64,000 nucleotides of DNA, taken from NCBI GenBank assembly GCA_902796835.1, contig CADBQP010000027.1, forward strand, positions 29,712 through 93,711, given 5' to 3'. How positions within the stretch are numbered: position 1 is the stretch's first letter; every line of letters starts with the position of its first letter. The translations under genes were made by a program, and so were the position numbers. Shown piece by piece: positions 11,183-23,428 of this stretch. Origin of the DNA: an uncultured Bacteroidales bacterium (lineage in GTDB: Bacteria > Bacteroidota > Bacteroidia > Bacteroidales > Bacteroidaceae). The notes under the pieces were generated by a model. That model was given only the letters and a program-made list of their open reading frames with translations. It was not told the DNA's origin and searched no databases.

Positions 11183-12477
11183 TTTCTCCATATTGTTGCA
11201 TTGCGATCAGGCCCAACCGAAATAATTTTGATGGGTGTGGCCAATTCGCGTTCCAAAAAATTAACATAATTCACAAAAGCTTCTGGCAAATCTTCCTGTT
11301 TGTCACAATGCGTCAAATCGGTTTGCCAACCTGGCAGCTCTTGGTAAACAGGTTCTACATCCTTATCAATCGAGAATGGAAAATCATATATCTGTTCTCC
11401 TTTGATACGATAAGCGACACAGGCCTTGACAACTGGGAAAGTATCAAGCACGTCAGATTTCATCATAATCAGTTGGGTCACACCATTGAGCATAATCGTA
11501 TATCGAAGAGCCACAAGATCAATCCATCCACAGCGACGCTCACGTCCCGTGACTGCACCATATTCATGACCTATATCGCGCATTTTCTTACCCGTCTCGT
11601 CGAACAATTCTGTCGGGAAAGGTCCAGACCCCACACGGGTGCAGTAAGCCTTGAAAATCCCATAAACTTCGCCAATACGGCTTGGAGCTAAACCAAGGCC
11701 AGTACATGCCCCTGCACTTATTGTATTACTTGAAGTGACAAAAGGATATGAACCAAAATCAACATCCAACAGTGAACCTTGGGCGCCTTCGCAAAGAATG
11801 GTTCGGTTATCGGCTAACGCTTTATTGACATAATGCTCGCTATCAACGAAACGGAACTGACGCAGAAAATCAATGGCCAGCATCCATTCTTTCTCGAGAG
11901 CCTCCAGTCCGTCTAACGAAATAGTTGTTCCCCCTTTCGACACGGCCGATGCATTGAGCGAATTCATCATTTCTATATGCCGGTAACGCGCTTGAGCATA
12001 TTTCTCAGCGAAGTTTTCGAATATATCTCCTACGCGCAGGCCATTGCGACTGATTTTATCTGTGTATGTCGGGCCTATACCTTTTCCAGTGGTGCCAATC
12101 TTCGCCATTCCTTTGGCTACTTCGTTGGCTTGGTCCAGAAGACGATGGGTAGGAAGGATGAGTTGCGCTTTTTTAGAAATAATCAAACGTTCCTTTAAGT
12201 TGTGACCAGATTGAGCCAATTCCTCGGCTTCTTTTTGGAACAAAATAGGATCTAATACAACCCCATTTCCTATCAGATTCACTTTCCCGCCTTGAAATAT
12301 ACCGGAGGGGATACTACGAAGCACATATTTCTGACCTTCGAACTCGAGGGTATGGCCTGCATTTGGGCCTCCCTGAAAACGTGCTACAACATCGTACTTA
12401 GGGGTCAAGACATCGACCATTTTACCTTTGCCCTCGTCTCCCCACTGGAGTCCTAAAAGGATATCTGCTTTTTTCAT
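11179..12477 (-). CDS. purA: Adenylosuccinate synthetase
   Basis: GLQWGDEGKGK, GGPNAGHT, TGRERRCGW. Confidence 0.98.
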   Translation of the reverse strand: MKKADILLGLQWGDEGKGKMVDVLTPKYDVVARFQGGPNAGHTLEFEGQKYVLRSIPSGIFQGGKVNLIGNGVVLDPILFQKEAEELAQSGHNLKERLIISKKAQLILPTHRLLDQANEVAKGMAKIGTTGKGIGPTYTDKISRNGLRVGDIFENFAEKYAQARYRHIEMMNSLNASAVSKGGTTISLDGLEALEKEWMLAIDFLRQFRFVDSEHYVNKALADNRTILCEGAQGSLLDVDFGSYPFVTSSNTISAGACTGLGLAPSRIGEVYGIFKAYCTRVGSGPFPTELFDETGKKMRDIGHEYGAVTGRERRCGWIDLVALRYTIMLNGVTQLIMMKSDVLDTFPVVKACVAYRIKGEQIYDFPFSIDKDVEPVYQELPGWQTDLTHCDKQEDLPEAFVNYVNFLERELATPIKIISVGPDRNATIWRK

Positions 12478-13766
12478 ATTCCTAATTGATTAAATATATA
12501 ATCAACATTCTTCATATAATAATCGAGCGTGAAACAGTTATCTACCTCTTCAGAAGAAAGATATTGCATCACTTCGGGTGTGTCTTTGAGGAGTTCCTGC
12601 ATTTGGATTCTTTCCATCAGCGTGCGCATAGCTACTGGTTGAACAAGGTCATATGCCTGTTCGCGAACTAAACCTTTTTCTATGAGCGCATTCATTACAC
12701 GTTGGGCAAAAATGGCTCCGTATGTGAGTCCAATATTATGCAACATGTTCTCTGGATAAACCACCAGATTATCCAACACGTTCATCAGTCGAACCAGCAT
12801 ATAATCAAGCAATATGGTGGCATCGGGAAGCACGATTCTCTCAGTAGAGGAATGTGAAATGTCTCGTTCATGCCACAAAGCGATATTTTCTACAGAGGTA
12901 CACATGTATCCTCGCATCACACGAGCACAGCCACATATATTTTCAGAAGAAATTGGATTACGCTTATGCGGCATGGCAGACGACCCTTTTTGCCCCTTGC
13001 GGAAAGCCTCCTCCACTTCTCTAACTTCCTGACGTTGCATGTTACGAATCTCCATCGCAATCTGCTCCAAAGAACCTGCAATAACAGCCAAGGAAGATAA
13101 ATAAAAAGCATGACGGTCGCGTCCAAGCACCTGCGTGGCTATCTTGGCCGATTCGATGCCAAGATGCTCACAAACATATTGCTGGATGAAAGGAGGAATG
13201 TTTGCATAGTTTCCTACCGCTCCAGATAGTTTTCCGGCTTCTACGCCCGATGCTGCCATCTCGAATCGCTCCATGTTACGCTGCATCGCAGAAAACCATA
13301 ATGCCCACTTAAGTCCAAATGAAGTCACGTCAGCATGCATGCCATGCGTGCGACCAATGACAGGAGTGTATTTGAACTCATTGGCGCGCTTCTTCAAAAC
13401 GGTCGAAAATTTCTGCAAGTCGTCACGCAGAATGGTGTTGGCCTGTTTTAGCAGATACCCATTTGCTGTGTCTACCACATCGGTAGAAGTTAGTCCATAA
13501 TGCACCCACTTACGCTCCTCACCGAGCGACTCGCTGACTGTACGCGTAAAGGCCACCACATCATGGCGAGTGATTTCCTCAATCTCGTGTATGCGATCGA
13601 CATCGAAGGTGGCATTTGCACGCAATTTTGCAACATCTTCCTTGGGCACTACACCTAATTCTGACCAAGCCTCGGCAGCTAAAAGTTCTACCTCCAAATA
13701 GGCTTGAAACTTATTTTCCTCCGTCCATATTTTGCGCATTTCTGCGCGTGAATAGCGTTCTATCAT
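12474..13766 (-). CDS. purB: Adenylosuccinate lyase (430-aa Bacillus-like type)
   Basis: MIERYSRAEM, GSSAMPHKRNP, LWHERDISHSS. Confidence 0.97.
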   Translation of the reverse strand: MIERYSRAEMRKIWTEENKFQAYLEVELLAAEAWSELGVVPKEDVAKLRANATFDVDRIHEIEEITRHDVVAFTRTVSESLGEERKWVHYGLTSTDVVDTANGYLLKQANTILRDDLQKFSTVLKKRANEFKYTPVIGRTHGMHADVTSFGLKWALWFSAMQRNMERFEMAASGVEAGKLSGAVGNYANIPPFIQQYVCEHLGIESAKIATQVLGRDRHAFYLSSLAVIAGSLEQIAMEIRNMQRQEVREVEEAFRKGQKGSSAMPHKRNPISSENICGCARVMRGYMCTSVENIALWHERDISHSSTERIVLPDATILLDYMLVRLMNVLDNLVVYPENMLHNIGLTYGAIFAQRVMNALIEKGLVREQAYDLVQPVAMRTLMERIQMQELLKDTPEVMQYLSSEEVDNCFTLDYYMKNVDYIFNQLGI

Positions 13767-13767
13767 T

Positions 13768-14949
13768 TTATTTTACGTTATACGAAATGCAATTATACGC
13801 CTGCTCGGCTTTTTGTAGAGCCTTTTCTGTCGTTTCGTCCGAAGCGAGTATCACGCCATAGCGACGATGGCCATGCACGGCGGGCTTACCAAACAGTCGC
13901 AATTGTACACCGGGAATAGACAGGGCCTTATCCAAACCTTCAAATGTTACTTCCGCACCTTCACCCTCGATGACGATAGCCTTGCTGGCCGAGGGACTGA
14001 AAAAGCGCACTTCGGGAATGGGCAAACCTAAAATTGCACGCGCATGTAATGCAAATTCGCTCAGGTCCTGACTGATCATCGTAACCATGCCGGTGTCGTG
14101 CGGACGCGGGCTCACCTCTGAGAATATGACCTTGTCGCCCTGCACAAACATTTCCACTCCGAAAATGCCATAGCCACCCAGAGCATTGGTTACTGCACGA
14201 GCTATTTCCTGTGCCCGCTGCAGTGCTGCGGGCGTCATAGCCTGCGGCTGCCATGACTCGCGGTAATCGCCCTCCACCTGATGATGGCCAATGGGTTGCA
14301 GAAAGGTAGTACCACCAGCGTGGCGAATGGTGAGTAACGTAATCTCATAGTCGAAATGCACAAAGCCCTCGACGATGACACGACCGGCCCCTGCACGACC
14401 GCCTTCTTGCGAAATGGTCCATGCCTGTTCCACCTCGTCTGCAGTATGAATGGTGGATTGCCCGTGGCCTGAAGAGGACATGATAGGTTTTACTACGCAA
14501 GGTATTCCTATTTCCTCTATCGCGGCTATAAACTCGGCGTGATTGTCGGCAAACTTGTAGGGGGCAGTGGGTAGATTCAAATCCTCGGATGCCAGCCGAC
14601 GAATAGACTCGCGGTTCATAGTGAGAAAGGCTGCCCTCGCGGTGGGAATCACTCGATAGCCCTCCTTCTCAAGTTCAACCAGCGTTGGCGTGGCTATTGC
14701 CTCCACCTCGGGGATAATGAGCGTAGGGCGTTCTGCCTCTATGATTTCGCGCAAACGATTGCCGTCCAACATGTTAAACACATGCGAACGATGGGCCACC
14801 TGCATTGCGGGTGCATTCGCATATCTGTCGCAAGCAACGACTTCTACTCCATAGCGTTGGAGTTCGATGGCTACTTCTTTGCCCAGTTCGCCGCTACCCA
14901 GCAGCAGCGCCCGTGTGGCAACGGGTGTGAGTGGTGTTCCGATTTTCAT
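13768..14949 (-). CDS. purT: Formate-dependent GAR transformylase
   Basis: [37 protein letters not shown]. Confidence 0.96.
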   Translation of the reverse strand: MKIGTPLTPVATRALLLGSGELGKEVAIELQRYGVEVVACDRYANAPAMQVAHRSHVFNMLDGNRLREIIEAERPTLIIPEVEAIATPTLVELEKEGYRVIPTARAAFLTMNRESIRRLASEDLNLPTAPYKFADNHAEFIAAIEEIGIPCVVKPIMSSSGHGQSTIHTADEVEQAWTISQEGGRAGAGRVIVEGFVHFDYEITLLTIRHAGGTTFLQPIGHHQVEGDYRESWQPQAMTPAALQRAQEIARAVTNALGGYGIFGVEMFVQGDKVIFSEVSPRPHDTGMVTMISQDLSEFALHARAILGLPIPEVRFFSPSASKAIVIEGEGAEVTFEGLDKALSIPGVQLRLFGKPAVHGHRRYGVILASDETTEKALQKAEQAYNCISYNVK

Positions 14950-14982
14950 TTTATTATATTTTTAGGGTGAAATTAATTTCTT

Positions 14983-15828
14983 CTATTTTAATCTGTTTTT
15001 ATAGCATTCTATCGTGTTCCGCATCAACATGGCTATGGTCATAGGTCCCACACCTCCAGGAACGGGCGTGATGGCGCCTGCCACAGGCAGTACGGATTTA
15101 AAATCAACATCACCTACGAGGGTACCCTGTGCGGTGCGGTTAATGCCCACGTCGATGACCGTGGCTCCGGGTTTGACCATCGACGCCGTTATAGTGTGCG
15201 CTCGCCCCACCGCTACTATCAGTATGTCTGCCTGGCGACAAACCTCTGCCAAATTGGCCGTGCGACTATGTGCCAGCGTCACAGTGCAATGTTGGTCGAG
15301 CAGTAGTTTGGCCATGGGCTTACCCACTATATTGCTACGACCCACCACCACCGCATGACGGCCAGCAAGGGCAATGCCTGTAGACTCGAGCAACGCCATG
15401 ATGCCAAGTGGAGTGCAAGGCACTATGGAGGCGCAATTAAGCCACAAGTTTGCCACATTGTATGGATGGAAACCATCCACATCCTTCTCGTGAGCAATGG
15501 CCGTAATGACGCTTTGCTCGTCGATATGAGAGGGCAAGGGCAGTTGCACCAATATGCCATCAACTTCCGCGTCAGCGTTGCAAGATTGTACTACGCGCAG
15601 CAGTTCCTTTTGCGAGACAGACGACGGCAAACGTATCAGTTCGCCATCAATGCCGCAATAGTCCGCTGCCTTGATTTTACTCTTTACGTAGGCCATACTG
15701 GCGGGATTCTCACCCACTATGATGACATCAAGACGCGGTTTGCGTTTATGTTGAACGCTGAGCAAGTCAACTTGTTTTCGCAATTCTTCCTTATAATGCT
15801 GCGCTATTTTTATTCCGTCTATTATCAT
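14983..15828 (-). CDS. folD: Methylene-THF dehydrogenase/cyclohydrolase
   Basis: EKDVDGFHP, PCTPLG, GRSNIVGKP, TPVPGGVGPMT; ATG overlaps the purD stop. Confidence 0.96.
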   Translation of the reverse strand: MIIDGIKIAQHYKEELRKQVDLLSVQHKRKPRLDVIIVGENPASMAYVKSKIKAADYCGIDGELIRLPSSVSQKELLRVVQSCNADAEVDGILVQLPLPSHIDEQSVITAIAHEKDVDGFHPYNVANLWLNCASIVPCTPLGIMALLESTGIALAGRHAVVVGRSNIVGKPMAKLLLDQHCTVTLAHSRTANLAEVCRQADILIVAVGRAHTITASMVKPGATVIDVGINRTAQGTLVGDVDFKSVLPVAGAITPVPGGVGPMTIAMLMRNTIECYKNRLK

Positions 15829-17075
15829 AATGCCCAATGTGCAATGTCTTTTCTGTAAAATAGATTGGAGCAACGTATCTTGCCTATCTCCGCATAAACC
15901 TTTTGCTGGGCAGAGGGGATGTCGTCAGCATAGGCTATGCACATGAGCACACGGCCACCATTAGTCAGCAATTTGCCTTGCTGAGCACGGGTTCCCATGT
16001 GAAACACCAAACCATCGAAATCATCCACATGATCTATTTCAGCTCCTTTGGCATAGGCGCCTGGATAACCACACGAAGCCATGACCACACCCACGGCTGC
16101 CCTGCTTAGCCACTGAATAGAGCTGAGCGGTGCGCCCGTGGCAATGGCATGAAATACGGCGTATGCATCCGTTTGCATGAGGGGCAAAACGATTTCGGTT
16201 TCGGGGTCGCCAAAACGAGCATTAAACTCTATGACTTTGATGCCTTGGTTTGTCTTTATCAGTCCTCCATAGAGCACTCCCGTCAGCGGAGCGCCCTCAG
16301 CCGCCATGGCTTCGGCAACAGGTTGCATAATGTGTGTCAGAGCCCATTCCCTCTCTTCGTCGCTGATGAAAGGTATGGGTGTGTAGGCACCCATGCCCCC
16401 GGTATTAGGGCCTTCGTCGTTGTCGAAAGCGCGCTTGTGGTCCTGGCTCAAGGGCATCGGGTAGACTCGGTCGTGATGCACAAAAGCCATGAACGAAAAC
16501 TCGGGGCCTTCGAGATAATCCTCTATGATTACCCTGCCCTTGCCAAAGGCTTCGCCCACCAACATCTCGTGCAAGGCCTGCCTGGCTTGCTGTTCATCAT
16601 GAGCTATGACTACTCCCTTGCCGGCGGCCAGCCCGTCGTATTTAAGCACGGTGGGATAACATCGCCGACTGCGCACATATTGCATGGCTTCGTCGTAGCG
16701 GTCAAAACTGCGATATTCGGCAGTGGGGATGCCGTGGCGTGCCATAAGCCGTTTGGCAAAATCCTTGCTCGCTTCAATCTGCGTGGCCTTCCTCGAGTGT
16801 CCAAACACGGGAATGTCGGCTTCGCGAAACGCATCGGCCACCCCAGCGGCCAGGGCCGCTTCGGGCCCCACCACACAGAGGTCGACCCGTTGGGACAGAG
16901 CGAACTGGAGTAATTGTCCGACTTCTGTTTCTGCTATGGGCACACATTCTGCCAACTGTTCAATGCCAGCATTGCCTGGCGCACAGAATATCTTCCCCAC
17001 TTGCGGACTGCGACTCAGTTGGTAAACAATTGCATGTTCTCGTCCTCCCGACCCTATGACTAATACTTTTTTCAT
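15825..17075 (-). CDS. purD: Phosphoribosylamine-glycine ligase
   Basis: MKKVLVIGSGGREHA, DGLAAGKGV, GPNTGGMG, EFNARFGDPE. Confidence 0.97.
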   Translation of the reverse strand: MKKVLVIGSGGREHAIVYQLSRSPQVGKIFCAPGNAGIEQLAECVPIAETEVGQLLQFALSQRVDLCVVGPEAALAAGVADAFREADIPVFGHSRKATQIEASKDFAKRLMARHGIPTAEYRSFDRYDEAMQYVRSRRCYPTVLKYDGLAAGKGVVIAHDEQQARQALHEMLVGEAFGKGRVIIEDYLEGPEFSFMAFVHHDRVYPMPLSQDHKRAFDNDEGPNTGGMGAYTPIPFISDEEREWALTHIMQPVAEAMAAEGAPLTGVLYGGLIKTNQGIKVIEFNARFGDPETEIVLPLMQTDAYAVFHAIATGAPLSSIQWLSRAAVGVVMASCGYPGAYAKGAEIDHVDDFDGLVFHMGTRAQQGKLLTNGGRVLMCIAYADDIPSAQQKVYAEIGKIRCSNLFYRKDIAHWAL

Positions 17076-17076
17076 T

Positions 17077-18639
17077 TTAGTGTTTGAAATGACGTATGCC
17101 CGTGAAGAGCATAGCGATGTGATTTTTGTTGGCTGCCTCAATGCTATCATTGTCGCGGATACTGCCGCCGGGTTGAACTATTGCGGCAATGCCATATTCT
17201 GCGGCATTCTCAACGCTGTCGGCGAAGGGGAAGAATCCGTCTGAAGCCATCACCAGTCCGGAATGTTTGATATCCGCCCCTTCCATAGCAAGTGCCCGCT
17301 GCGCCTGGTGTAGAGCTATAGCTGCCGAACCGACGCGATTCATCTGACCAGCACCCACGCCATAGGTTCGGCCATTTTTGACTACTACTATTGCATTGGA
17401 TTTGACATGCTTCACAATGCGCCATCCAAACTGCAGGTCATCCATCTGTTCCTGTGTCGGTTTGTTATCCGTAACACACATTTCTGCTGTAAGGCGACTT
17501 GTTTCTGTATCCAACTGCTGTGCCAGCATGCCGCCATTGACCGACACGTATTGCATCTGTTCCGTGGCTTCGGCATTCATATCTACTTCCAACAAACGCA
17601 GGTTCTTCTTAGTTCTTAACACCTCCAAAGCTTCTGGTTCAAAAGATGGAGCCATGATGATCTCGAGGAATACGGGATGCATAAGTTCTGCCATTTCTTT
17701 GGTGACCACACAGTTGGTGGCCACAATTCCACCAAAGATTGACACCTTGTCCGCATCATAGGCTTTGGTCCACACATCTACTCCATCCTTGCCGATGGCA
17801 GCCCCACAAGGATTCATGTGCTTTAGCCCCACGCAAAACGGCGTTTCTCCGAACTCACGTACAATATTCAGAGCAGCATTGGCATCTTGGATATTGTTGT
17901 ACGACAACTCTTTGCCATGCAACTGACGGGCCGAAGCTATGGAATAAGGTACGGACTTCGTGGCTGAATAGAACATGGCGTGCTGATGAGGGTTCTCGCC
18001 ATAACGCAGGCTCTGCTTCAGATTGTATTCCAAAAATAGTTTTTGGGGTAGCCCAGCAGCCTTGCGCATATATGTGGCGATACACATATCGTATTCCGCG
18101 GTGTGAGTATATGCCTTTGCACTCAGTTCGAGTCGTGTCTGCTTGCTGGTATTGCCTGCGGCCTGTATCTGAGCAAGCACTTGCCCGTAGTCAGCGGGAT
18201 CGCACACCACCGTCACATCTTTCCAATTCTTGGCTGCAGAGCGCAACATTGACGGTCCTCCGATATCAATATTCTCTATTGCATCGGCCATCGTTGTTCC
18301 TTCCTGCGAAATAGTTCGTTGAAAGGGATATAGATTTACACATACAAGGTCTATAAGCCCAATGCCGTTTTGTTGTAAAGCTTCCATGTGCGACGATTCG
18401 TCGCGACGAGCCAACAAGGCACCATGTACTTTTGGGTGTAGCGTCTTAACACGGCCATCGCAGATCTCAGGGAACCCTGTTACTTCGCTAATTCCAATGG
18501 TTTTTACACCATTTTCTTCCAGTAACCTCTGCGTTCCACCTGTGGCGATGATTTGCCAACCTGCCGCCTGCAGGCCACGCACAAAATCCACCAAACCCGA
18601 CTTATTGCTAACGCTTACTAATGCTCTTTTTTGTGCCAT
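17077..18639 (-). CDS. purH: Bifunctional AICAR transformylase/IMP cyclohydrolase
   Basis: RALVSVSNK, GRVKTLHP, LRYGENPHQ, ASDGFFPF, IRHFKH. Confidence 0.97.
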   Translation of the reverse strand: MAQKRALVSVSNKSGLVDFVRGLQAAGWQIIATGGTQRLLEENGVKTIGISEVTGFPEICDGRVKTLHPKVHGALLARRDESSHMEALQQNGIGLIDLVCVNLYPFQRTISQEGTTMADAIENIDIGGPSMLRSAAKNWKDVTVVCDPADYGQVLAQIQAAGNTSKQTRLELSAKAYTHTAEYDMCIATYMRKAAGLPQKLFLEYNLKQSLRYGENPHQHAMFYSATKSVPYSIASARQLHGKELSYNNIQDANAALNIVREFGETPFCVGLKHMNPCGAAIGKDGVDVWTKAYDADKVSIFGGIVATNCVVTKEMAELMHPVFLEIIMAPSFEPEALEVLRTKKNLRLLEVDMNAEATEQMQYVSVNGGMLAQQLDTETSRLTAEMCVTDNKPTQEQMDDLQFGWRIVKHVKSNAIVVVKNGRTYGVGAGQMNRVGSAAIALHQAQRALAMEGADIKHSGLVMASDGFFPFADSVENAAEYGIAAIVQPGGSIRDNDSIEAANKNHIAMLFTGIRHFKH

Positions 18640-18658
18640 AATTTCAAAAACTCTGTCT

Positions 18659-19693
18659 CTATTGTTTTCCTACTATTTGATTGTCGCCCTCTTGCACATG
18701 CCCGATAACCTGAGCCTTTTCTCCCCATTGTTCCAGCATCTGAATAGCCGCTTCGACCTCTGAAGCATCAATTGCGAACACCATTCCGATGCCCATGTTG
18801 AAGATATTAAACATCTCGCGATGAGGTATGCTCCCCCTGCACTCCAAGAAACGGAAAATTGGCAAGATTTCCCAATTGCCCTCTTCGACATAGAATCCCT
18901 GTCCAGATTGGAGGATGCGAGGTATGTTCTCATCAAAACCTCCCCCCGTAATGTGTGCAACTCCGTGCACATTCAACCGACGAATCACGTCGAGCATCGG
19001 CCTCACATAAATTTTGGTCGGAGCGAGAAGCACCTCTCCCAGCGTATTGGCATCATCCAATTCTGGATATATACCCTGCAAATCTAATTGGGCATCATTC
19101 ACAATCTTACGAACCAGCGAAAATCCGTTTGAATGCACACCCGAAGAACTGATGCCTATCAACACGTCGCCCACTTTAACCTTAGAGCCATCAATCAGCT
19201 TCGCTTTCTCCACCACTCCAGTGGTAAATCCTGCTATGTCGTATTCACCGCCAGCATACATACCAGGCATTTCAGCCGTTTCGCCTCCCACCAGCGCACA
19301 ACCCGCCTGCCGGCACCCTTCGGCCACACCGCTCACAATGGCCTCAATCCGTGCGGGGATGTTCCGCCCCGTGGCTATATAGTCAAGAAATATAAGAGGC
19401 TCGGCACCTTGTGCCAACACATCGTTGACACACATGGCCACTGCATCTATCCCGATCGTGTCGTGCTTATCCATTGCAAAGGCAATTTTCAATTTCGTAC
19501 CCACTCCGTCGGTTCCGCTCACTAAAATCGGCTCTCTGACTCCCAAAGACGACAAGTCAAACATGCCACCAAACGCGCCGATGGACCCCATCGACCCCAC
19601 ACGATGTGTGGATTTCACATGCGATTTAATCCTGCTGACCACTTCATATCCGGCTTCCAAATTCACACCGGCTGCTTCATAATGTTGCGCCAT
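18659..19693 (-). CDS. purM: AIR synthetase (classical ~345-aa type)
   Basis: [40 protein letters not shown]. Confidence 0.97.
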   Translation of the reverse strand: MAQHYEAAGVNLEAGYEVVSRIKSHVKSTHRVGSMGSIGAFGGMFDLSSLGVREPILVSGTDGVGTKLKIAFAMDKHDTIGIDAVAMCVNDVLAQGAEPLIFLDYIATGRNIPARIEAIVSGVAEGCRQAGCALVGGETAEMPGMYAGGEYDIAGFTTGVVEKAKLIDGSKVKVGDVLIGISSSGVHSNGFSLVRKIVNDAQLDLQGIYPELDDANTLGEVLLAPTKIYVRPMLDVIRRLNVHGVAHITGGGFDENIPRILQSGQGFYVEEGNWEILPIFRFLECRGSIPHREMFNIFNMGIGMVFAIDASEVEAAIQMLEQWGEKAQVIGHVQEGDNQIVGKQ

Positions 19694-19704
19694 GAATAAA
19701 GATT

Positions 19705-22700
19705 TTATTGGTTAAAATAGTTTACTGCATTCTCGAACAACTGTTGCCGCTTGTTACCAGCTATATTGACGAACACATTTTCTTCCCAACGTTCAGTATG
19801 CCCCATCTTCCCTAAAATCTGCCCATTGGGCGAAAGAAGGCCTTCTATGGCATAACATGAGCCATTGGGATTATAAGGCGACTGCATAGTAGGCAGTCCC
19901 GTCCGCGGATCTGCATATCGGAAAGCCACCTGACCATTTTCAAAAAGTCGGTGTGCCATTTCTTTGCTTACCACTAATTTCCCTTCTCCATGACTCACGG
20001 CGATGCTGTGCAAATCGCCGACGGACATATTCTTGAGCCAGGGACTAGATACGGAAGTCACCGTAGTCGTTACCATTTGTGAAACGTGGCGATTGATGTC
20101 ATTGCGGAACAGAGTAGGACTATCTGTCGTCACTTGGCCAAACCTGCCATATGGCAACAGGCCTGATTTAATGAGAGCCTGAAAACCATTACATATTCCC
20201 AAAATCAGCCCACCACGATGCAACAGGTCCTCAATGGACTGTCTTATTTTCTGCTGACTAAGCACCGAAACAATGAATTTAGCCGACCCGTCGGGCTCGT
20301 CGCCCGACGAAAACCCACCAGCCAGCATCAGTATTTGTGCCTTACGAATGTGACGTTTCATTTCGTCGATCGATTCCACCACATCCCGATCCGTCAAATT
20401 ACGAAATATAGAAATCTCCACCTTCGCACCAGCCTTGCGCCATGCCTTGGCACTGTCGAAATCACAGTTGGTGCCTGGAAATACAGGAATATAGACAACA
20501 GGGGGCTCTCCTTTCAGGTCTTCATGGAGAGGCAATGAGGGCTGAATACGTGGCTTTATTTCAATATCGCCTGGCATCAAATCCCCATGCTGAGGCTCAG
20601 CATAAGAAGGATACACCTTGTCAAATGGTGCGGTGCAAGCCTCATAGAGAAATTCGCGATCAATCGCCTCTCCATTTATTATAAGGTCAGTTCCGTCAGT
20701 TACACATCCGAGCAAAATGGCTCCCGTAATGTCAATATCCTCGGTAGCCTCAGCGAGTATGCTGCCATAATGCAGGTCGAAGAGCATTGGTTCATCCAAA
20801 TGCACATCCACACCCATATCGTTACCAAAGGACATTTTACACAACGCTTCTGCCAGACCTCCAAACCCAATGCTACATGCCGAACAGATGCGACCTAAAT
20901 GAATAGCCTCCGTTGTTTCCGACCATAGCTGTCGAAGCTGCGCCACATTTGGCATATGGTTAGCCAAGGGTTTGTGAGGCAAGAGGTACAAGCGATTACC
21001 AGCCTTTTTTAAGTCTGAACTTATTATCCTATCAGCCTTTACAGTAGTAATACCGAAAGCAATAAGTGTAGGAGGCACCGATATGTGTTCAAAAGTGCCC
21101 GACATCGAATCCTTACCTCCGATTGATGGCAAACCAAGATCCAATTGCATTTTCAACGCACCCAACAATGCACTAAGCGGTTTACCCCAACTATGGCTAT
21201 CGGTCATACGTTCAAAATATTCTTGATAGCTGAAGCGCATACTGCTATAGTCGGCACCCACCGCCACTGCCTTAGTGCAGGCTTCTACCACGGCATAGGC
21301 GGCACCATGATAGGGGCTCCATTCCGACAGGAAGGGATTAAAACCAAAGGACAGCGCCGAAGCTGTATTTGTGAAACCATCGGTGGGCAATTTCTGAACA
21401 CTCGCTTGCGTCTCGCTGCGTTGCAATTTGCCGCCAAACGGCATCAGCACCGACGAACGACCGATTGAGGCATCGAATTGCTCGACCAGCCCTTTCTGGC
21501 TCGTCACATTGGGAGAGCGAAGCACCGCGGCTATACGCTCCGCCAAGGTTTCGCCCTCCGGCTCTTGACGGAAGGGATTGCGACGCTCCACGGGCGCAAT
21601 GGCGGCTCGGGCATAACGCTTGGCTCCGGCCGAATTGATGAACGCGCGGCTCAAATCGGCTACCAGGTCTCCTTTATAATAGAGGCGCATACGGCCCGTA
21701 TCTGTTACATTCGCTACATGCGTCACTTCTATATTATCTTGTCGGCAGAAAAGTTCGAAAGTTGCTTGGTCCTTTTTCTCCACCACAACTGCCATTCGCT
21801 CTTGCGACTCGGAGATGGCCAATTCCGTGGGGTTAAGGCCGGAATACTTGGTGGGCACACGATCGAGGAAGATATCCAAGCCGTCGGCCAGTTCGCCAAT
21901 AGCTACGCTCACTCCTCCTGCACCGAAATCGTTGGATTTCTTAATCAGCCTGGTCACTTCTTTTCGACGAAAAAGACGTTGTATCTTACGCTCCTCGGGT
22001 GCATTACCTTTCTGCACTTCGCTTCCACATGCCTCCAGGGACGCCTCCGTATGTTCTTTGCTGGAACCTGTGGCGCCACCAATCCCGTCGCGCCCTGTGC
22101 GACCGCCCAACAGGAGTATTACATCGCCAGGGACCGGGCTCTCACGACGCACTGAATCTGCTTTAACTGCTCCAACTACTGCACCTACTTCCAAACGTTT
22201 GGCAACATAGGAAGGATGATAGATTTCACGCACATGCGTCGTGGCCAGGCCGATTTGGTTGCCATAGGACGAATAGCCGGCAGCGGCCTTGCGAGAGATG
22301 AGCTGCTGTGGCAGCTTGCCCGCCATCGTCGCGCTGACGGGTGCATAAATATCTCCTGCACCTGTAACACGCATCGCCTGATAAACATAGGCACGGCCTG
22401 ACAACGGGTCGCGGATGGCTCCGCCCAGACAGGTGCTTGCACCGCCAAAAGGTTCTATCTCTGTAGGATGGTTGTGCGTCTCATTTTTGAATTGTAACAG
22501 CCATTGCTCATTTTTCCCATCCACATCAACATCGATAAAAATGGAGCATGCATTGTTTTCTTCGCTCACTTCCCAGTCGTCTAACAATCCTTGTTGCCGC
22601 AGATAGCGGGCTCCAATGGTAGCAATTTCCATGAGGCAAAGTGGCTTGTCGGCCCGGTGGAGTTGCACTCGAATTTTATTGAAACGGGCTAATTCGTTTT

Positions 22701-23427
22701 CGATATCGGACTTTATGAACGAATCTTCTACCTCGATTTGCTCTAAAATTGTGGTGAAGGTGGTGTGACGACAATGGTCTGACCAATACGTATCGAGAAT
22801 GCGAAGTTCGGTTTCGGTGGGGTCGCGACGCTCTTGACGGAAATAATCTGCCACACACTTCAAGTCGTCGGCATTCATTGCCAATCCCCATTGCTGGCAG
22901 AAGGCTTCATATTCCTCGGGCGGCATTGAGGTGAAACCATGCAGCGACGCTAAGGGCTTCGCTTCGGCCGCTGGCTGACGCTCCAGGAGCTGAAGGTTCT
23001 TTTCTCTCGATTCGACCGAGTTGATGTAGTAATGACGAATGCGCTCGAGCTCGTCCGCCGTCATCTCGTCCTCGAAAATCAGCAAACGACTGGAACGGAT
23101 GTCTATGTCCGCATTCGGGTCGATGAGATGCACGCAATCGATAGCCGACGAAGCGCGTTGGTCGAACTGACCGGGAATGTATTCGACAGCCAGATAATTC
23201 TTGTCCTTCAAATCCATTCTGTCGTACACGACGTCGGTTACCGTTTCGCCAAACACGCCATACTTGCTCTTCGCTAACAACTCCTCGCTAAAGCCAAAGA
23301 GGTCGTACACACACAGATAGCGCATCTTGCTTATGTGCATCTGCAAATTCTCATTCAATTCCTGGCGCAAGCTCTCGGCTTCGACACGGAAACCTTCTTT
23401 CTTTTCGACAAATAGCCTTATATCCAT
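19705..23427 (-). CDS. purL: FGAM synthase, single-chain large type with fused glutaminase
   Basis: [43 protein letters not shown]; 1240 aa. Confidence 0.97.
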   Translation of the reverse strand: MDIRLFVEKKEGFRVEAESLRQELNENLQMHISKMRYLCVYDLFGFSEELLAKSKYGVFGETVTDVVYDRMDLKDKNYLAVEYIPGQFDQRASSAIDCVHLIDPNADIDIRSSRLLIFEDEMTADELERIRHYYINSVESREKNLQLLERQPAAEAKPLASLHGFTSMPPEEYEAFCQQWGLAMNADDLKCVADYFRQERRDPTETELRILDTYWSDHCRHTTFTTILEQIEVEDSFIKSDIENELARFNKIRVQLHRADKPLCLMEIATIGARYLRQQGLLDDWEVSEENNACSIFIDVDVDGKNEQWLLQFKNETHNHPTEIEPFGGASTCLGGAIRDPLSGRAYVYQAMRVTGAGDIYAPVSATMAGKLPQQLISRKAAAGYSSYGNQIGLATTHVREIYHPSYVAKRLEVGAVVGAVKADSVRRESPVPGDVILLLGGRTGRDGIGGATGSSKEHTEASLEACGSEVQKGNAPEERKIQRLFRRKEVTRLIKKSNDFGAGGVSVAIGELADGLDIFLDRVPTKYSGLNPTELAISESQERMAVVVEKKDQATFELFCRQDNIEVTHVANVTDTGRMRLYYKGDLVADLSRAFINSAGAKRYARAAIAPVERRNPFRQEPEGETLAERIAAVLRSPNVTSQKGLVEQFDASIGRSSVLMPFGGKLQRSETQASVQKLPTDGFTNTASALSFGFNPFLSEWSPYHGAAYAVVEACTKAVAVGADYSSMRFSYQEYFERMTDSHSWGKPLSALLGALKMQLDLGLPSIGGKDSMSGTFEHISVPPTLIAFGITTVKADRIISSDLKKAGNRLYLLPHKPLANHMPNVAQLRQLWSETTEAIHLGRICSACSIGFGGLAEALCKMSFGNDMGVDVHLDEPMLFDLHYGSILAEATEDIDITGAILLGCVTDGTDLIINGEAIDREFLYEACTAPFDKVYPSYAEPQHGDLMPGDIEIKPRIQPSLPLHEDLKGEPPVVYIPVFPGTNCDFDSAKAWRKAGAKVEISIFRNLTDRDVVESIDEMKRHIRKAQILMLAGGFSSGDEPDGSAKFIVSVLSQQKIRQSIEDLLHRGGLILGICNGFQALIKSGLLPYGRFGQVTTDSPTLFRNDINRHVSQMVTTTVTSVSSPWLKNMSVGDLHSIAVSHGEGKLVVSKEMAHRLFENGQVAFRYADPRTGLPTMQSPYNPNGSCYAIEGLLSPNGQILGKMGHTERWEENVFVNIAGNKRQQLFENAVNYFNQ

Positions 23428-23428
23428 C

